Source of the DNA: Paragordius varius
Lineage: Eukaryota; Animalia; Nematomorpha
Assembly: GCA_964247055.1 (NCBI GenBank)
Contig: OZ176052.1
Coordinates: 1,240,001 to 1,304,000 of the forward strand
Direction: 5' to 3'
DNA: 64,000 nucleotides
The position numbers were made by a program, and so were the translations under genes. This document shows, one piece after another, positions 12,301-25,285 of this stretch. Position 1 is the stretch's first letter, and each line of letters begins with the position of its first letter. The notes beneath the pieces were generated by a model. That model was not told the DNA's origin, made no database searches, and was given only the letters and a program-made list of their open reading frames with translations.

Positions 12301-15300
12301 GTGGGTCTATGGTTACCAAGGGAAAAGAGGTCGAAACAATTTACACTTGATTGGAGATTCTGAACGGGAATGTCTATATTATACAGCAACCATTGCTGTA
12401 ATCCTAGATTTAAAATCCAGGCGTCAAAGGCATTACACTCAACATGTAGAGGATATAAAATGGTAATTTTTAACAGAAAAATAAATTTAGGTTTAACTTA
12501 TAAATCGTTGAAAATTATATAATTTTAAAATTTCTTTTTATTTATATCCGGTCGTCACTTTTTTTATATATTTTCATAATTGGGATGTTCCGTTTTCCTT
12601 TTGTGCTTACTACTTTACAACGATAGCATGCGTTTACACACTATGTGCAAAAAAGAGGGTTTATTTTTTTTAACAAAATTTTTATGAGATAGCTTATGAC
12701 CAGCGAATTCATTTGCCGCAAAAATTATTATTTGTTGACAACCTAATTTTTGAAATATTGGGAGAAAATCGAAATCGGGCAAAAACTGAAAATTAAGGAT
12801 AAATAAGGATAATTCAATTTGAGATATTATGACTTATTATCAGGATGTATTTTTATAAAGATAGCCTAAAATCATATAGTCAGATTTTTATATTCAACTC
12901 AAAAGATGGAGTTTTTCTTTTAACAACTCAAAAGACAAAAAAAATTTATTAAAATATTTTTTTTTAATTATTTACTAGCTAAACTCACTATTAAAATCGT
13001 AACTTTCATATTTTATTCAGTAAAAAAACTTATCTATCAAAATAAAACCCAAAAATATTGTTTTTTATTTTTTCATTTTTTTGTTACTCGGTTTATGACG
13101 GTATAAAAAATCTATACTGTTTTATTTTGGAATCTTACATGAGTGCGAATTATAAAGTATATAATCTATGCAAAATAGGATTTAAAAGTAGTGGAATATC
13201 AACCAACAATCCGTACGAATCCCAATAAAAATATTAATTTGTCTTAAAACAGACTTGTTACAATGATTTGTAAGGATTGTTGGTTGATATTCCACTCCTT
13301 TTAAATCCTATTTTGCATAAATATACTTATTGATTCCCACTCATGTATTCCAAAATAAAACAGTATAAATATTTTATATCGTCATAAACCAGATGACAAA
13401 AAAATGCAAAAATAAAAAACAATATTTTTTAGTTTTATTTTGATAGAAGTTTTTTTACTGAACAAAATATGAATGTTGAGATTTTAATAGCGAGTTTAGA
13501 TAGTAAATAATTAAAAAAAAATTTAATATTTTATAAAAAAAAATTGTTTTTTAAGTCAGTTAAAAGAAAAACACCATTTTTAGACCTGAGATTTTATAGA
13601 AACCCTAACTAAATGATTTTAGGCTATAATATTGGAAAATATATCATAAAATGATAAAAAAGCATAATATCTCAAGTTTTATCATTATTTTTTAAATTAT
13701 CCTTGATTATCCTTAATTTTCACTTTTTGCCCGATTTCGATTTTCTCTCAATATTTCAAACTAGGTTGTCAACAAATAAAAATTTTTTACGGCAAATGTA
13801 TACGCTGGTCATAAGCTATCTAATTAAAAACAAATTTAAAAATTTATTTTGTTAAAATTTTTTTGCACACAGTGTACATATATTTTCTTAGCCAATTTAC
13901 CAATTTTAAAGAGTCAAATATTAATCTGGTTTCAAAAATATTGATTCATACTAAAATTGACATATGTTATATATTTATTTTTACTTTATCCTGTTTATTA
14001 TAAATATTTATACTGTATTAGTTTAACAGTTCACCCAAACCGTATTTTTGCAGCAACTGGCCAGTGCGCGGGTCTTATGCAACCGAATGCCATACTTTCT
14101 AAGGTAATTATTTTGAAGTTCCCTCTTAACAGAAAGAGATCCCTTTCCTTGAGAAATATTAAACAAATTATATGTTTTACTGATTTGTGGAATTATAACC
14201 AATCCTCTGTTTTTGGGATAATTTTAATTTTTACATTTCAACCTAAAAAATATATAATGTTCATATAATATATAAAAGTATTCAATAAACCATAAAAAGA
14301 CAAATTATAGTGTTTCTAACGAAACGAAAAAAATATTTTTCAAATCGGTATTTGCGGTTTTATCCCTAGATCTATTTAATATGAATATGTTTTAATAAAA
14401 ACACCAACAAATAATTTTATTAATATGGATAACGTTTGATCCACTAAAATCAAAAATTAATAAATTATTATGATATGTAATATTATATCATAATTTCATA
14501 TTTATTTATATCAGGTGATAACATATGTCAAAAAAAATTGGGCTGTTTTTTAAAACGATCATAGCCACGGTCATGAGGCATTCATAAGGGGTTAGACACC
14601 ACCCTTGGGTGTGTGTTAAAATATCTTTACATAACCTGCTTTTCAGTATCGACAAACATATCTACTCTTTAACTTCAAATCTCATTAAATTAATAAAACG
14701 TCTTTATACCAAAAGCCAACTTCTTACCTTTGTTGTCAATAATTACAAATGTATAAAATATCCATCTATTTATTGATTTTTTTGGTACTCAGATTAATAG
14801 AAATTTGGATTATCGGACTATATTTAATTTAATTGAAGTTTCACAATAATACTTTATTGTCATTTCATTTTTAACATGAAATTGGCTCTTTATTATTTTC
14901 TTCAACTTCTAATATCGATAAATATTGTATTTGTTTTCAATTTAGGTGTCTTAATCAAAGTTCATAAGCGGATATCAATTAGCACTTAATTCACAAAAGC
15001 CATTCACAAATCCCTTTTATTAATATTTCTAAAATATTTTTAGCCACATGTAAGGATATGGAATACGGAAAATCTGGAAACTCTAAATATACTCTACCAT
15101 GAATTGGCCTTCCCAAACGCAGTTGTATGTTTGGAATTTTCTCAAAAGGTTTTTTTAAAAATTATTTATATTAGGAAAACAATGGAGAACTGATAGCTGC
15201 TATAGATGACTCACCTGATCATATCCTTAGCATATGGGATTGGATGAATGAAAGCATTCTCCATATCTTTCAAGTAATACATAAAATTTATGGATTCTTA

Positions 15301-18300
15301 ACAATAAAAAACTTTTTTATAGAATTGATAATCACTTGATAATATTTTATTGTTTAACGCGGCCTATATTTCTAAAACTTTAAATGTGTAACTTAATTTC
15401 TACGACCATTTTTTCCTTCATGATTTAAATTTTAGTCGTAACATACAAAATGATCATCGACGAATATATAAAACTATTTTGGCTCGAAATAACTTTTGAA
15501 TTTTTTTTAACTTCTTATGCTTAACTATAAAATTACATAAAACAAGAAATGTATCAAAAAGCTTACAATGACAAGTTTTGTTTTGTGGTAATCAAAACAT
15601 TTATTTTTAAAGTGTAAACTAAAACGTTATATTAGCTTACTATATATATTTAATAAAATTAGACGGGTAAAAGTCAAATTTTAGACATGAAATTTGGTAA
15701 AAAGGACCCAGCATCAACCTTATATACGTGCGGAAGAGGTCATTTAACACAATGGACATTTCACAAACAAAATGACGAGGATGGGAATCAGGGTGACGAA
15801 ACATCACCAACAAAATCTATAAATTTTGAAAAAAATGGACAAAAAAACAAAGAAGAGCTTATGGGGAGTTGGTTTAAAATTCACGCAGAGTACCCGGTAA
15901 TAATTTTTACTTTGATATGAATGAGTTTAAGTCAACTTAAAAATGTATTATAATAATTGACTATAGTCATAGATGACAATGTAACACTAGAGAATGGTAA
16001 TGTTTGGTACAAACTTTATATTTGTTTCCACTTATTGTTAATAAGAGTTTCGCTAACTTTCATAATTTTAATTTTAGTTTCGAGTAACATTTGAATTATA
16101 TTACAAAATTCACTATAGTTTAAAATAAAATAGGCAAAAATTTTAAAAATTGGCCTAATTTACCGAATATATATAATCTCTATTTGATAACGGTGTGTAG
16201 GAAAATGTTGAAAAACCAAAATACGTGATTTGCATGGATATTTTGAATAACATGATACTTACCGGAGATTCTGAAGGGAATTTAATAGTGTGGAATGCGG
16301 GTAAATATTTTTGTGATCATGACAATTAAAAATACTAATTTGGCCAAGTTTACTAAACATATCGAAGAAAACAATCAAAGCATTATAATATCTTTCTTAA
16401 ATAATAGACAATTTGCGTGCTATAAGTATCCAAAAACAAGCTCATCCTGGAGGGATATTTACCCTTATGATCTATGATAAAGGGATAGAAGAACAGAATG
16501 AGACAAATTATCCCGATAATAATAAAAAATTAAAATTTCCAATCAATACATCCAAAGCATCTATGATCTCCACCCAATCTTCGGACAAAGATAAATCCCT
16601 TCATTCTTCACGTTCTAATTCAGGGAGCGTTGAAAAAGCCTCTGATGAAGAACAACAACCTAAAAGCCCAAACTATGTCGGAAGTGATGGTTATATTTAG
16701 TTTTCTCAAGCAATTTTTGTGTGAAATAAATTTAATAATACATATTAATTTAATTGTGATCGCTGTTTCTTAGCAGTATTTACCATTATTTCATCACAGT
16801 TAATATAAAATGCGCAATTTTCTATTAGAAAAATTTACACAAATGATTGAATGTTGATTGGTAACCTTTTAAAGCGTCACAGTTACTTTCATCAGGGATA
16901 AAGGGATCTCTTTAACTACATGGTTTTTAAACAAAATAATTGAGATTTCGTGCACCTAAGTAATAAAATCTTGGGAGGTTCGACAGTTTTTTACATGTAA
17001 AAGCTATTGGGCAGTCTTAGTTATCCTTCTATGACTCTTTATGAATTTCCTTTCAAATTTTGTGGACGAGTCATAGCGCACGATTATGGCCTTATTTTAA
17101 CTTTTTTGTTAGATATTTGGCAACAATAACTTAACCCTTAATAATCCCTGGATTATATTGATCCATATCTATTTAGATTTCTATATTTACAATTACAAAA
17201 TATATATGTTTTAGGCGATAGCATCAAATTTCGAGAACTAAATAATTCCGGTTTATCAAAAAAGTCAAGTGAGGATACCACAGATGATCTGGGGAACTCT
17301 GAACAACAAATTGTAGCAACTGGTGGAAAAGATCGAATAATTCGTACATGGGATATTTCGACGCTTGAACTCCTAAGTCAAACTACTCGTGTAAGATTTT
17401 CCACAAATTTTTCCGAAACAATTTTTAACTATCCGCGCTACCCTTTCCTAATTGGTTTTCGAATCTCAAATCTTATAAAAGATATTAAACTAAAAATATT
17501 AAACATAATATATATATATATATATATATCTATATAGTTGGATGAAATATTGGGGGCTATACGAGTTTTGAGCCCAGGTTTAGATTGGACTAAATGTTCA
17601 CAGCAGCAGACTCAACGAAGTAATATGAGAGGCAAAAAAATTTCCAACCAAATATCCAATCCGCAAAAAAGTGATATGACTCAATCTAACGATACTGATA
17701 ATAAGACAAATGTGGACGATGAACAACGGGGCGTATGTGAAAGTCTTGTGAGGAATGGTTGCAATATTCTCATAGGCACAACCAAAAACTGTATTCTACA
17801 TGGAAATTTTACGGACGGTTTTAATGTCCTGGTTCAGGTATAGTTTAAACTATATATATTTAAAAAACAAAGTTCTTAGTGATTTGTAAAACTATAATTG
17901 AAAAAAAGGACCAAAACTTTTATAAGCATCTTGACAAAAATTAAAACTGTTGTTGTAAATTTATTTTCATATTAAAAGGGTCATTTTGATGCAATAACTG
18001 GTCTTGATTGCCATCCAGAAAAAGAGAGAATGGTTTCAGTCGATGCTTATGGGCAGATAAAATCTTGGGATTTGAAAAGACATCATTGTCTCTTTTATCG
18101 AGAAATCACGGTAAATAATTTTAAAAATACCAAATCGAGTAATTCCTGGGAAAAAAAGCAGCCGCGTCTGTGGAACTAAAAAATAACTTTAAAACAGTAA
18201 CGGGTCTAATTTTTCGTTCAAACTTTTATTAAGTTTTTAACATTCTTGTATTCCAAAAGTATTTTTTAATTTCAATAGAATCAAACATAAAAACTTTTTC

Positions 18301-20328
18301 GCTTTTACTATATTTTGGTTATATAGTCATCTGTATATTTAAATAAACTTTTTTTCAAAATGTAAAAAGGAAAAAATTTTGAACTAAAAAGGGTTTTTGC
18401 AAAGATATTTTAATCCGAACTAAATGCCTGTTCGGGTTAAGAATCCTTGTTATCCAAAAAAGATATTTTTAATTATAATTGTTAGCATACGTATGCATAT
18501 AATTTACAATAAACCTTATTGAAATAAGATTTTCCCAAAAATTTTTATCAAAAAGATCATTTAAAAAATTATCCTTTTCGTTTTAACTCTTTAAAATTAA
18601 TCACCTATATTTTATAGGAATCTTGTACATGTGTGACCTTTAACCCGACCCATCCAAACTTAGTTGGGATCGGGATGGTGAATGGCAGTTGGATTGTGTT
18701 AGACATTGGACCAGACAAGCAAATTGTATGTCAACACACTAATAGTGCGGACGCAGTAACTTGCATATCATATTCTCCAGGTATACCAAAGGAATACAGA
18801 CAAAGCAAAAAAAAATAAACGACAAAATTTTAAAATTTTATTATAGCTCATTATTTTGGGTTGAGCATTTAAATTGTTTATTCGGTTAATTATCCAAAAG
18901 TGTAAATACATGGTTTATGTGGAAAAAATGATGGTTTGAAAAAAACTATGGTTGTCTTTTTTTTCAAAAAAACATTTGTCTTTTAGGTTTTGCCTTTATA
19001 GTTTTAATTTTTAAGTAAATTCATGATGTCAACACTAAAATTATTTAAGTCAAATTATTAAATGGTATAAAATATTTGTATAATTTTTTAAACTTTTAAC
19101 AAGCGATACAAAATTAATTTTTTTAATCTATATACGGGTAAAGGTGGAGATTACTTAGCTATGGGTTCGCGAGACGCAAAAATATACGTTTACAAAGTCA
19201 AAGGACAGGGATATAGATATTCGCCATATTGTCATTTAAAGGTATTTCTTTTGTAATTTGGGTCAATAAATCTCGGGAATATATATATAGACTTAGTTTA
19301 TTGCCATAAACCAGATTGATTAACCCAGAAAAAAAAGCTTGCAAAAAATATTTTCAAGGGTACGTATTGTTAATTAAATGAGTTTACATTAGCATATTTG
19401 GCATATCTATACCGGTATGAATGCATTTATAACCGTAAATGTCACCATTTATGATAATAAACAGCCTAAAACTTCCGTACATTATCTCGTAATACCTGAA
19501 TATTTTTTTTATAATAAAATAAAAACAAAATTAATACAGGATTAAAACTGATTAGATTGATTCAATTTTGTTTTGCCGAACAATAGCATATTTTTCCAAT
19601 GATTTTGCATGCCTCAAACATTTTGTTTAGGGTCACACATCAAAAATTAGTGCAATCGATTGGTCAATCCCTTACTTTAACGGACAGAAGGAAGGACATA
19701 TAACAGACAATGAAAACAACACAACAATACAAACTTCTAATGCAGATAACACAAAAGGTGACAACCAGCCAATACCAAATATGTCCGTAGAATCTCTGAA
19801 TAATCAATCAAACAAAAACTCCCCATGGTATTATTTGAGAAGTAATTCAACTGATGGGGAACTTTTATTTTGGAACATAGCTACCAAAGAACAAATTGTA
19901 ATTAACCATATGGACCATGCAATATCTGGAAGCGATACATTCAATTCTCCTAAAAGTCAACGGTCAGCAAATATCGGATCGAATTCATCCGATTTCATTA
20001 GAGATATTGTTTGGAGCACACAAAATTGCACGCTTTCTTTCGAAGTTTTAGGTATTTATATATGCTATTTAAACTTCAAATTTACCCTTGAACAATTCAA
20101 ATTTACCATAAAATAAATTTTGTATAAAGATTATAATTTACCTTTATTTTTTTTAAAAAAAATTCGTTTAAATTTTAATAATACTGAAAAAATTAAAAGT
20201 AAGCCATAAAGATATAATTAATATTAATAATAGCCCGAAAACACCTTTATTTTTAGGGTGAAATTGAATTGTTTACCGGTGAATTTGAATTGTTCAAGAG
20301 TAATGAATTGTAAATGGTATATGCCATG

Positions 20329-20367
<39 letters not shown>

Positions 20368-21127
20368 ATAACCTATCTATAATATTAAATTTAGAGGTAA
20401 AGAAACAAATTTTATCTATATTATTACCGCTATAATGTACAATTATTTTTGATTTATTTATCAGATATGTAAAAATACCTTTCCTATGGTAATGTTTATA
20501 AAATGGAAAATCCTCTATTCGTTACGTTAAAAATCGCATAACCCTAGGGTTACGTTAAAAATCACAATTTTCCTTATACTATGTAATGACGACTTTTTTC
20601 AACATTATATACTTTGTTTTTAGGCATCAGATCTTCCATACTAAATGCAAAAAATCCTCATTCCGATGGACGACACATTTCGGTATGTACAAAGTCGCAT
20701 GATATCACTAAAAACATAGGCGATAACGATAAAACAACACTAAAGGCTAATTCTACAACGCAACAAATGCTATTCACGGGGAATGATTTAGGTCAAATAG
20801 CTTTATACCGATATCCAGGTAGCCCTATACCACAAGTAATTTTTGGCATTTTCTTTTTCAGAATATAACATATATGTAAATAATATTAATTGCTGCCGTT
20901 TATTTTAATATATTTACCAGATATATCCTACATTTTTATTATAAACCGACCGCGTTTTTAAAAGATTTAATTTTCGTTTTTTCTTTCATGCGTACCAGCT
21001 AAACAAAGCCAAAGTTTATGTTGGCCATTCAAGTCATATAAGTGGATTATCGTGTTCAAATACCAATTCCTACCTTATATCCTCCGGGGGTAAGGATTCA
21101 ACACTAATGCAATGGCGGATAGAATAA
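6366..21127 (+). CDS. EML: EML-family protein, paralogue B (~2,018 aa: ~1,060-aa low-complexity N-terminus with coiled coil, HELP motif, WD40 propellers)
   Basis: 25 phase-consistent exons: 6366-7735, 7830-8170, 8253-8441, 8878-9027, 9583-9965, 10232-10588, 10866-11062, 11364-11555, 11961-11989, 12068-12142, 12222-12462, 14022-14103, 15044-15148, 15175-15273, 15663-15896, 16201-16300, 16408-16689, 17215-17390, 17538-17837, 17979-18110, 18618-18780, 19144-19241, 19631-20051, 20624-20835, 20999-21127. Motifs: HGRPLILYAPS (HELP), LSLEWVYGYQGKRGRNNL, CLTVHPNRIFAATGQCAG, KPKYVIC...TGDSEGN, VGHSSHI...SSGGKDSTLMQWR. The N-terminal exons are less certain than the WD40 exons. Confidence 0.9.
11575..11903. 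mobile_element. hAT (Buster-like) MITE in an intron of EML paralogue B
   Basis: TIRs CAGGGGTGTTC (11575) and GGACACCCCTG (ends 11903). The 8-bp flanks TTTCATAT / TTTTATAA match at 6 of 8 positions, consistent with an aged 8-bp TSD. Confidence 0.6.
12639..13874. mobile_element. Foldback / long-inverted-repeat element (~580-600 bp arms, ~43-bp spacer) in an intron of EML paralogue B
   Basis: Termini CACTATGTGCAAAAAA and TTTTTTGCACACAGTG followed by TA. The arms are reverse complements along their length; e.g. 13170-13212 vs 13274-13316 match at 42 of 43 positions. Spacer about 13222-13264. Confidence 0.85.
20058..20322. mobile_element. Small TIR element, degenerate copy of the element at 22251-22611, in inverted orientation
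   Basis: Carries the same 21-bp subterminal repeats (ttcaaatttacccttgaacaa / gggtgaaattgaattg) and the end GAATTGTAAATGGTATAT. Its internal segment taataatactgaaaaaat is the reverse complement of the internal segment of the 22.4-kb copy. Confidence 0.7.
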
Positions 21128-21799
21128 TTCCTCTTAACTTTCCTTTTCTCGTTAACCGATATAAATTTTATCACAAAATATCACAACTGCTATATATTTT
21201 TTAACTAATTTCAAATTTTACAAATCATTTTTAGTTGTGCAATGCAATTATTGTCCTATTCGATTACGTCACTTTATTTATTTATTTTACGGAAAATTAA
21301 AATTTCCCAACTTGTTTGTGATATTAAATATGAATAAATAATATGTACTACATTGAATGAAATATAATACTGGATAAGTTATTAAACAAAGAGATTCGGA
21401 AGTTTACAACATATTAAAGTGTATTAACATATAAAAAATATTTGAAGATCCACAAATGACTAATAATTTGTTCATCGCTGCATTAGACTGATAAAATACA
21501 TGTATATTTTTGGTCAGAAAATCGAACTTTTGTATAAAAGCTTATTTTAAAGAATGTTAAGCTTTAAATGCCTTTTCTCGACGGTTAGTATTATCACTGC
21601 TTAGAAAAATTGACACGATACTTTAGTAAAATTTAAAAAATACATAAAATAAAAAAATTAACATCTAACAATTAATTCTTTTTTGCACAAATTATTACAA
21701 AATAAGTTTAGATATAATGTTTAATTTATTAAAACTATCTATCCAAAATATATTATAAAAATTTTAATTTTTCACAATTATTATAAGTTGATTGATTTA

Positions 21800-23501
21800 T
21801 TAGACATTTTCAATTTGTTGGACAATCTCGTGGCATTGTCGGTTCCATTCTTTTGATAATTTTTCTTCAATCTTTTTCTAATATAAAAAAATTAAAAATA
21901 TTAAAAAATAAATCTTTAAGTGGCTCTAAATAAAGGTATTTTTAAATATAGGCTAATTATTGACCTTAAATATATTATATGTATAGTTTTAAACCAACCA
22001 AACCCAAATATAAAATATATTACTATATATTAGCAGCAAAAATTTTATTGTAAATCACATTTTTACCATATTGTTTATATAAGAGATTAACATAAAAATT
22101 TAAATTAAAAAGGACAATTTTCTTATAAACTTTTATAGTATGAAGCGATAAATAAAATTTATATTATAGTTAAAACTAACATAATAATAACCAAAAACGA
22201 AATGAATAAAAATCAACATAAATTTATATTCCATTACCCAATGCATAGTCATATATACCATTTACAATTCAAATTCACCCTTAAACAATTCAAATTCACC
22301 CTCGAACAATTCAAATTCACCCTTGAACAATTCAAATTCACCTTTGAACAATTCAAATTCACCCTAAAAACAAATTATGTATTTTCGAACTAATATAACA
22401 CATTATTAATATGAAATATATTATGTTATATTTTATTATTTTTTCAGTATTATTTTAATTTAAAAAAATTTTTTTATTTTTTAAAAATATAAAAAAATAT
22501 TGGTAATTTTTAATATTAAAATACATATATTTTATTTGAGGGTGAATTTGAATTGTTCAAGGGTGAATTTGAATTGTTTAAGGGTGAAATTGAATTGTAA
22601 ATGGTATATATAATTGTATTAGAAAAAAAATATGCTACAATATATGCGTAAATCATTTTACATGAAAATTTTGATTAGAGTACATTAGGAGTGTAATTAT
22701 TTCTCGACAATTTTGCGTTTCCGTATCAATGCAGTCAAACTCAAAGGATTGACAGGTTGGTGAATGTTTCTCATGTTCTTTGCTGAAAATGTCATAGATA
22801 GAAAAAAGTATAAATTTACAAAAATTTTGAGGAGAAAACCAATAATGTAAAAAAAAATATTTTTGTAAATGAAACCATACATATTGGTCTTTTTGGCTTT
22901 AATACCTATTTAAAAAATTGGATAGCGTGACACACACACAACTATCTTAATGCGCAAATCAAAACGATAGACTATATCAAAAAATTATTGGAAAATCTAA
23001 TTTTTACTGTACTTTTTCAAATCAAAAATATGTTTTGCTGGAAAACAAAAAAAATGTGAGCTATAACAAATCCGAAACATTGTTTACCGTCCAAGAAATA
23101 AGGAGGAAACACATTAATAACTAAAAAGCGAAAAAACTAAAGTATACTTTCTTACCGAGGATCGTCTCGAGATTCCCAACCATCCAACTCTTTCCAGCAA
23201 ACTATACAAACCACATCAGTTACAGAATTGCTATTTTCATTGCTTGGATCTTTGATGTGAATAAAACCAGTTTCAGACATCTAATTAAATATAGAATCAT
23301 TAAAAAATCAAAAAAAATATTAATCGTACAAAAATAAATTTTGGCGATTAAATATGTAAAACATGGTAAAACCCGTTTTGCTGTGCATTTTCCTCGCCTG
23401 TAAGGCCATTCTTGAAACGTTTCAAGTCGCTTTTCTTGAGAAAAATAATTTAAAATATTATCCCTAATAGAGAAAAGAGTTTTCAAATTTTCAAATTCCA
23501 T
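21800..23501 (-). CDS. BIRC5: Survivin-like single-BIR protein (150 aa)
   Basis: Exons 23501-23373, 23280-23156, 22782-22662, 21877-21800; 453 nt in frame. RLETFQEWPY...MSETGFIH...[28 protein letters not shown] gives the complete BIR C-x2-C...H...C zinc site, followed by a C-terminal helix as in survivin. Confidence 0.9.
22251..22611. mobile_element. MITE with perfect 20-bp TIRs and tandem 21-bp subterminal repeats, in survivin intron 3
   Basis: ATATATACCATTTACAATTC (22251-22270) is the exact reverse complement of 22592-22611. About five copies of AACAATTCAAATTCACCCTTG inside the left end and three inverted copies inside the right end. Confidence 0.8.
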
Positions 23502-23615
23502 TTTTGGCTATTGGGAAAGAAATAACTTTTAAAAAATGCGCTTTAATTCCATCAATAAATCACATGGAGGCTCAAATTTCGTGAGGTTTAAATTCAAAAT
23601 TTGAAGCAGTTAACT

Positions 23616-24995
23616 ATGAAAAAAAACATTATCAATGAGAATAAAGATGATTATTTTGAATTAGATTCCAACACGGATTTTAAAATTTTAAAAGCCATTG
23701 ATATCAACTCTCAAGAATTTAGTCTGAAAAATGTTAAAGACATCATAAATATTGAAGAACATTATCTGGCCATCAGAAAGCAATTCGAATTGAATTATAT
23801 GATTTTACAGTCATTAATGGTAGATCTTAGGCGAGAACTTGAAATATCTAAGGTTATTTTAAAAAGATAATATATTATAGAATTCTTGGCTTACACCCGA
23901 AATCTTAACTTTAATCAAAGAAATATCTGACATTGTATTTTCACATGCAAAATTCAATTATAAAGCATTCAAAAGTACAATTGATTATTTTTAATGTAAC
24001 ACAGAAACGAAATTTAAACACGAACCCCAATTCAAAACCCTTAATCTGTTGCTTAGTCTAATTAATTCGCACGAAACTCTTAAACACATCTCATTTTTCA
24101 CGGAATTTTGGCCAGAAAAATCTCTAATGCTTTTTGTTGGTATAAAAAAATTGCATCAAGAATCGAAAAAAGATGAAAAATTTGCCAATAATGTCTGTAT
24201 TGACTTTTTACAGGTTTTGTGAAATTTTAATTTATGCATATTTTTTATTATATATGTTTAAAATATTTTGAATTATATTTCTATTTTTAATAAGTACCAT
24301 TTTTGTTGGGCAACCTTATTTCATATATATCCTTATTAAATTACATTATACTATGCGTTTTTAGCATTGTTTTGCTTAAAAAAGTAGTATCCAAAAATGG
24401 TTTGATTTTTACATTATATTGACGTTTCCATATTAAAAAACCTTTACTATACTTTACATATTTATGTTTTATGGTAATAAGTAAAAATTGAAATTACACA
24501 AATCATAAAAACTAAAGGACTAATATTATTTGTAAAAACAGCCATACTTTATTTAACCTATATCTTGCTCAATAAAAATACGGCTGTTGTGTTGTAAAAG
24601 AATAAAAAGGGAAAAAATTGGTTTAAATACCCAATCATAAATTTCCCAATATTTATCATTTAGGTTTAAAAAAAATAATAATATTTAAAATTCTTTGGGT
24701 TTTACAAAATATGGCATTTTAAAAAATAATATTTATAAGTATATTTTGACCATTAAAATAGAATATAATAGCGAGCGTCAGGAGGTTAAATCAAAAGACG
24801 CCCTCCTTAATAACTCATTCAGAACAAGAGAAAAATGGAACAAATTTTGAAACTGAAACCATTTTAAAAGCTCCACAAACTCTTTGTTGTCCAATTAATT
24901 TGTTTTCCGATATCGTTAGTATGAAATTAATTTTTTTTTGAGTTTTATATAGTTGTATTATCAAATTTTTAGGCATAATCGAAAAGTATAAGTAA
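23616..24995 (+). CDS. Orphan multi-exon gene of unknown function, head-to-head with survivin (3' structure uncertain)
   Basis: ATG at 23616. Exons 23616-23852, 23881-23974 and 24005-24213 join in frame through 28- and 30-nt GT-AG introns (~180 aa). Possible later exons ~24772-24918 and 24973-24995, but the linking exon was not found. No recognisable motif. Confidence 0.45.
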
Positions 24996-25285
24996 TACTT
25001 TGATTTACTACAAATAACTTTTTTTGGGGGGCATTTATGTTAGTTTTTTATATAGGGTATTATTTTACTATTCTCTTGTTTTTAAGTCATTTTTTACGTA
25101 AAAAATGCTTTAATTTAATTTATTTGCATTTTTTTAATGGGGTTAAGTTAAAATATATATTTTATTATAAAAAGAATATATTTGCAAAATAAAGTTGATG
25201 CTTTTAATTGTAAAACACATTTTTAGAGAATAAATAAATAAATATTTTAGTATATAATTATAAATATATAATCTTTATTTTAAGT

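Noticed and set aside
20521-20566. Palindrome TAACCCTAGGGTTA (20539-20552) between two GTTACGTTAAAAATC copies, resembling a telomere fusion
   Set aside because: Only one imperfect unit on each side; explained by a small local duplication in an intron.
22202-22393. ORF with FKFTLEQ repeats (also the tail of ORF 19781-20116)
   Set aside because: Translation of the 21-bp MITE subrepeats; both lie in introns.
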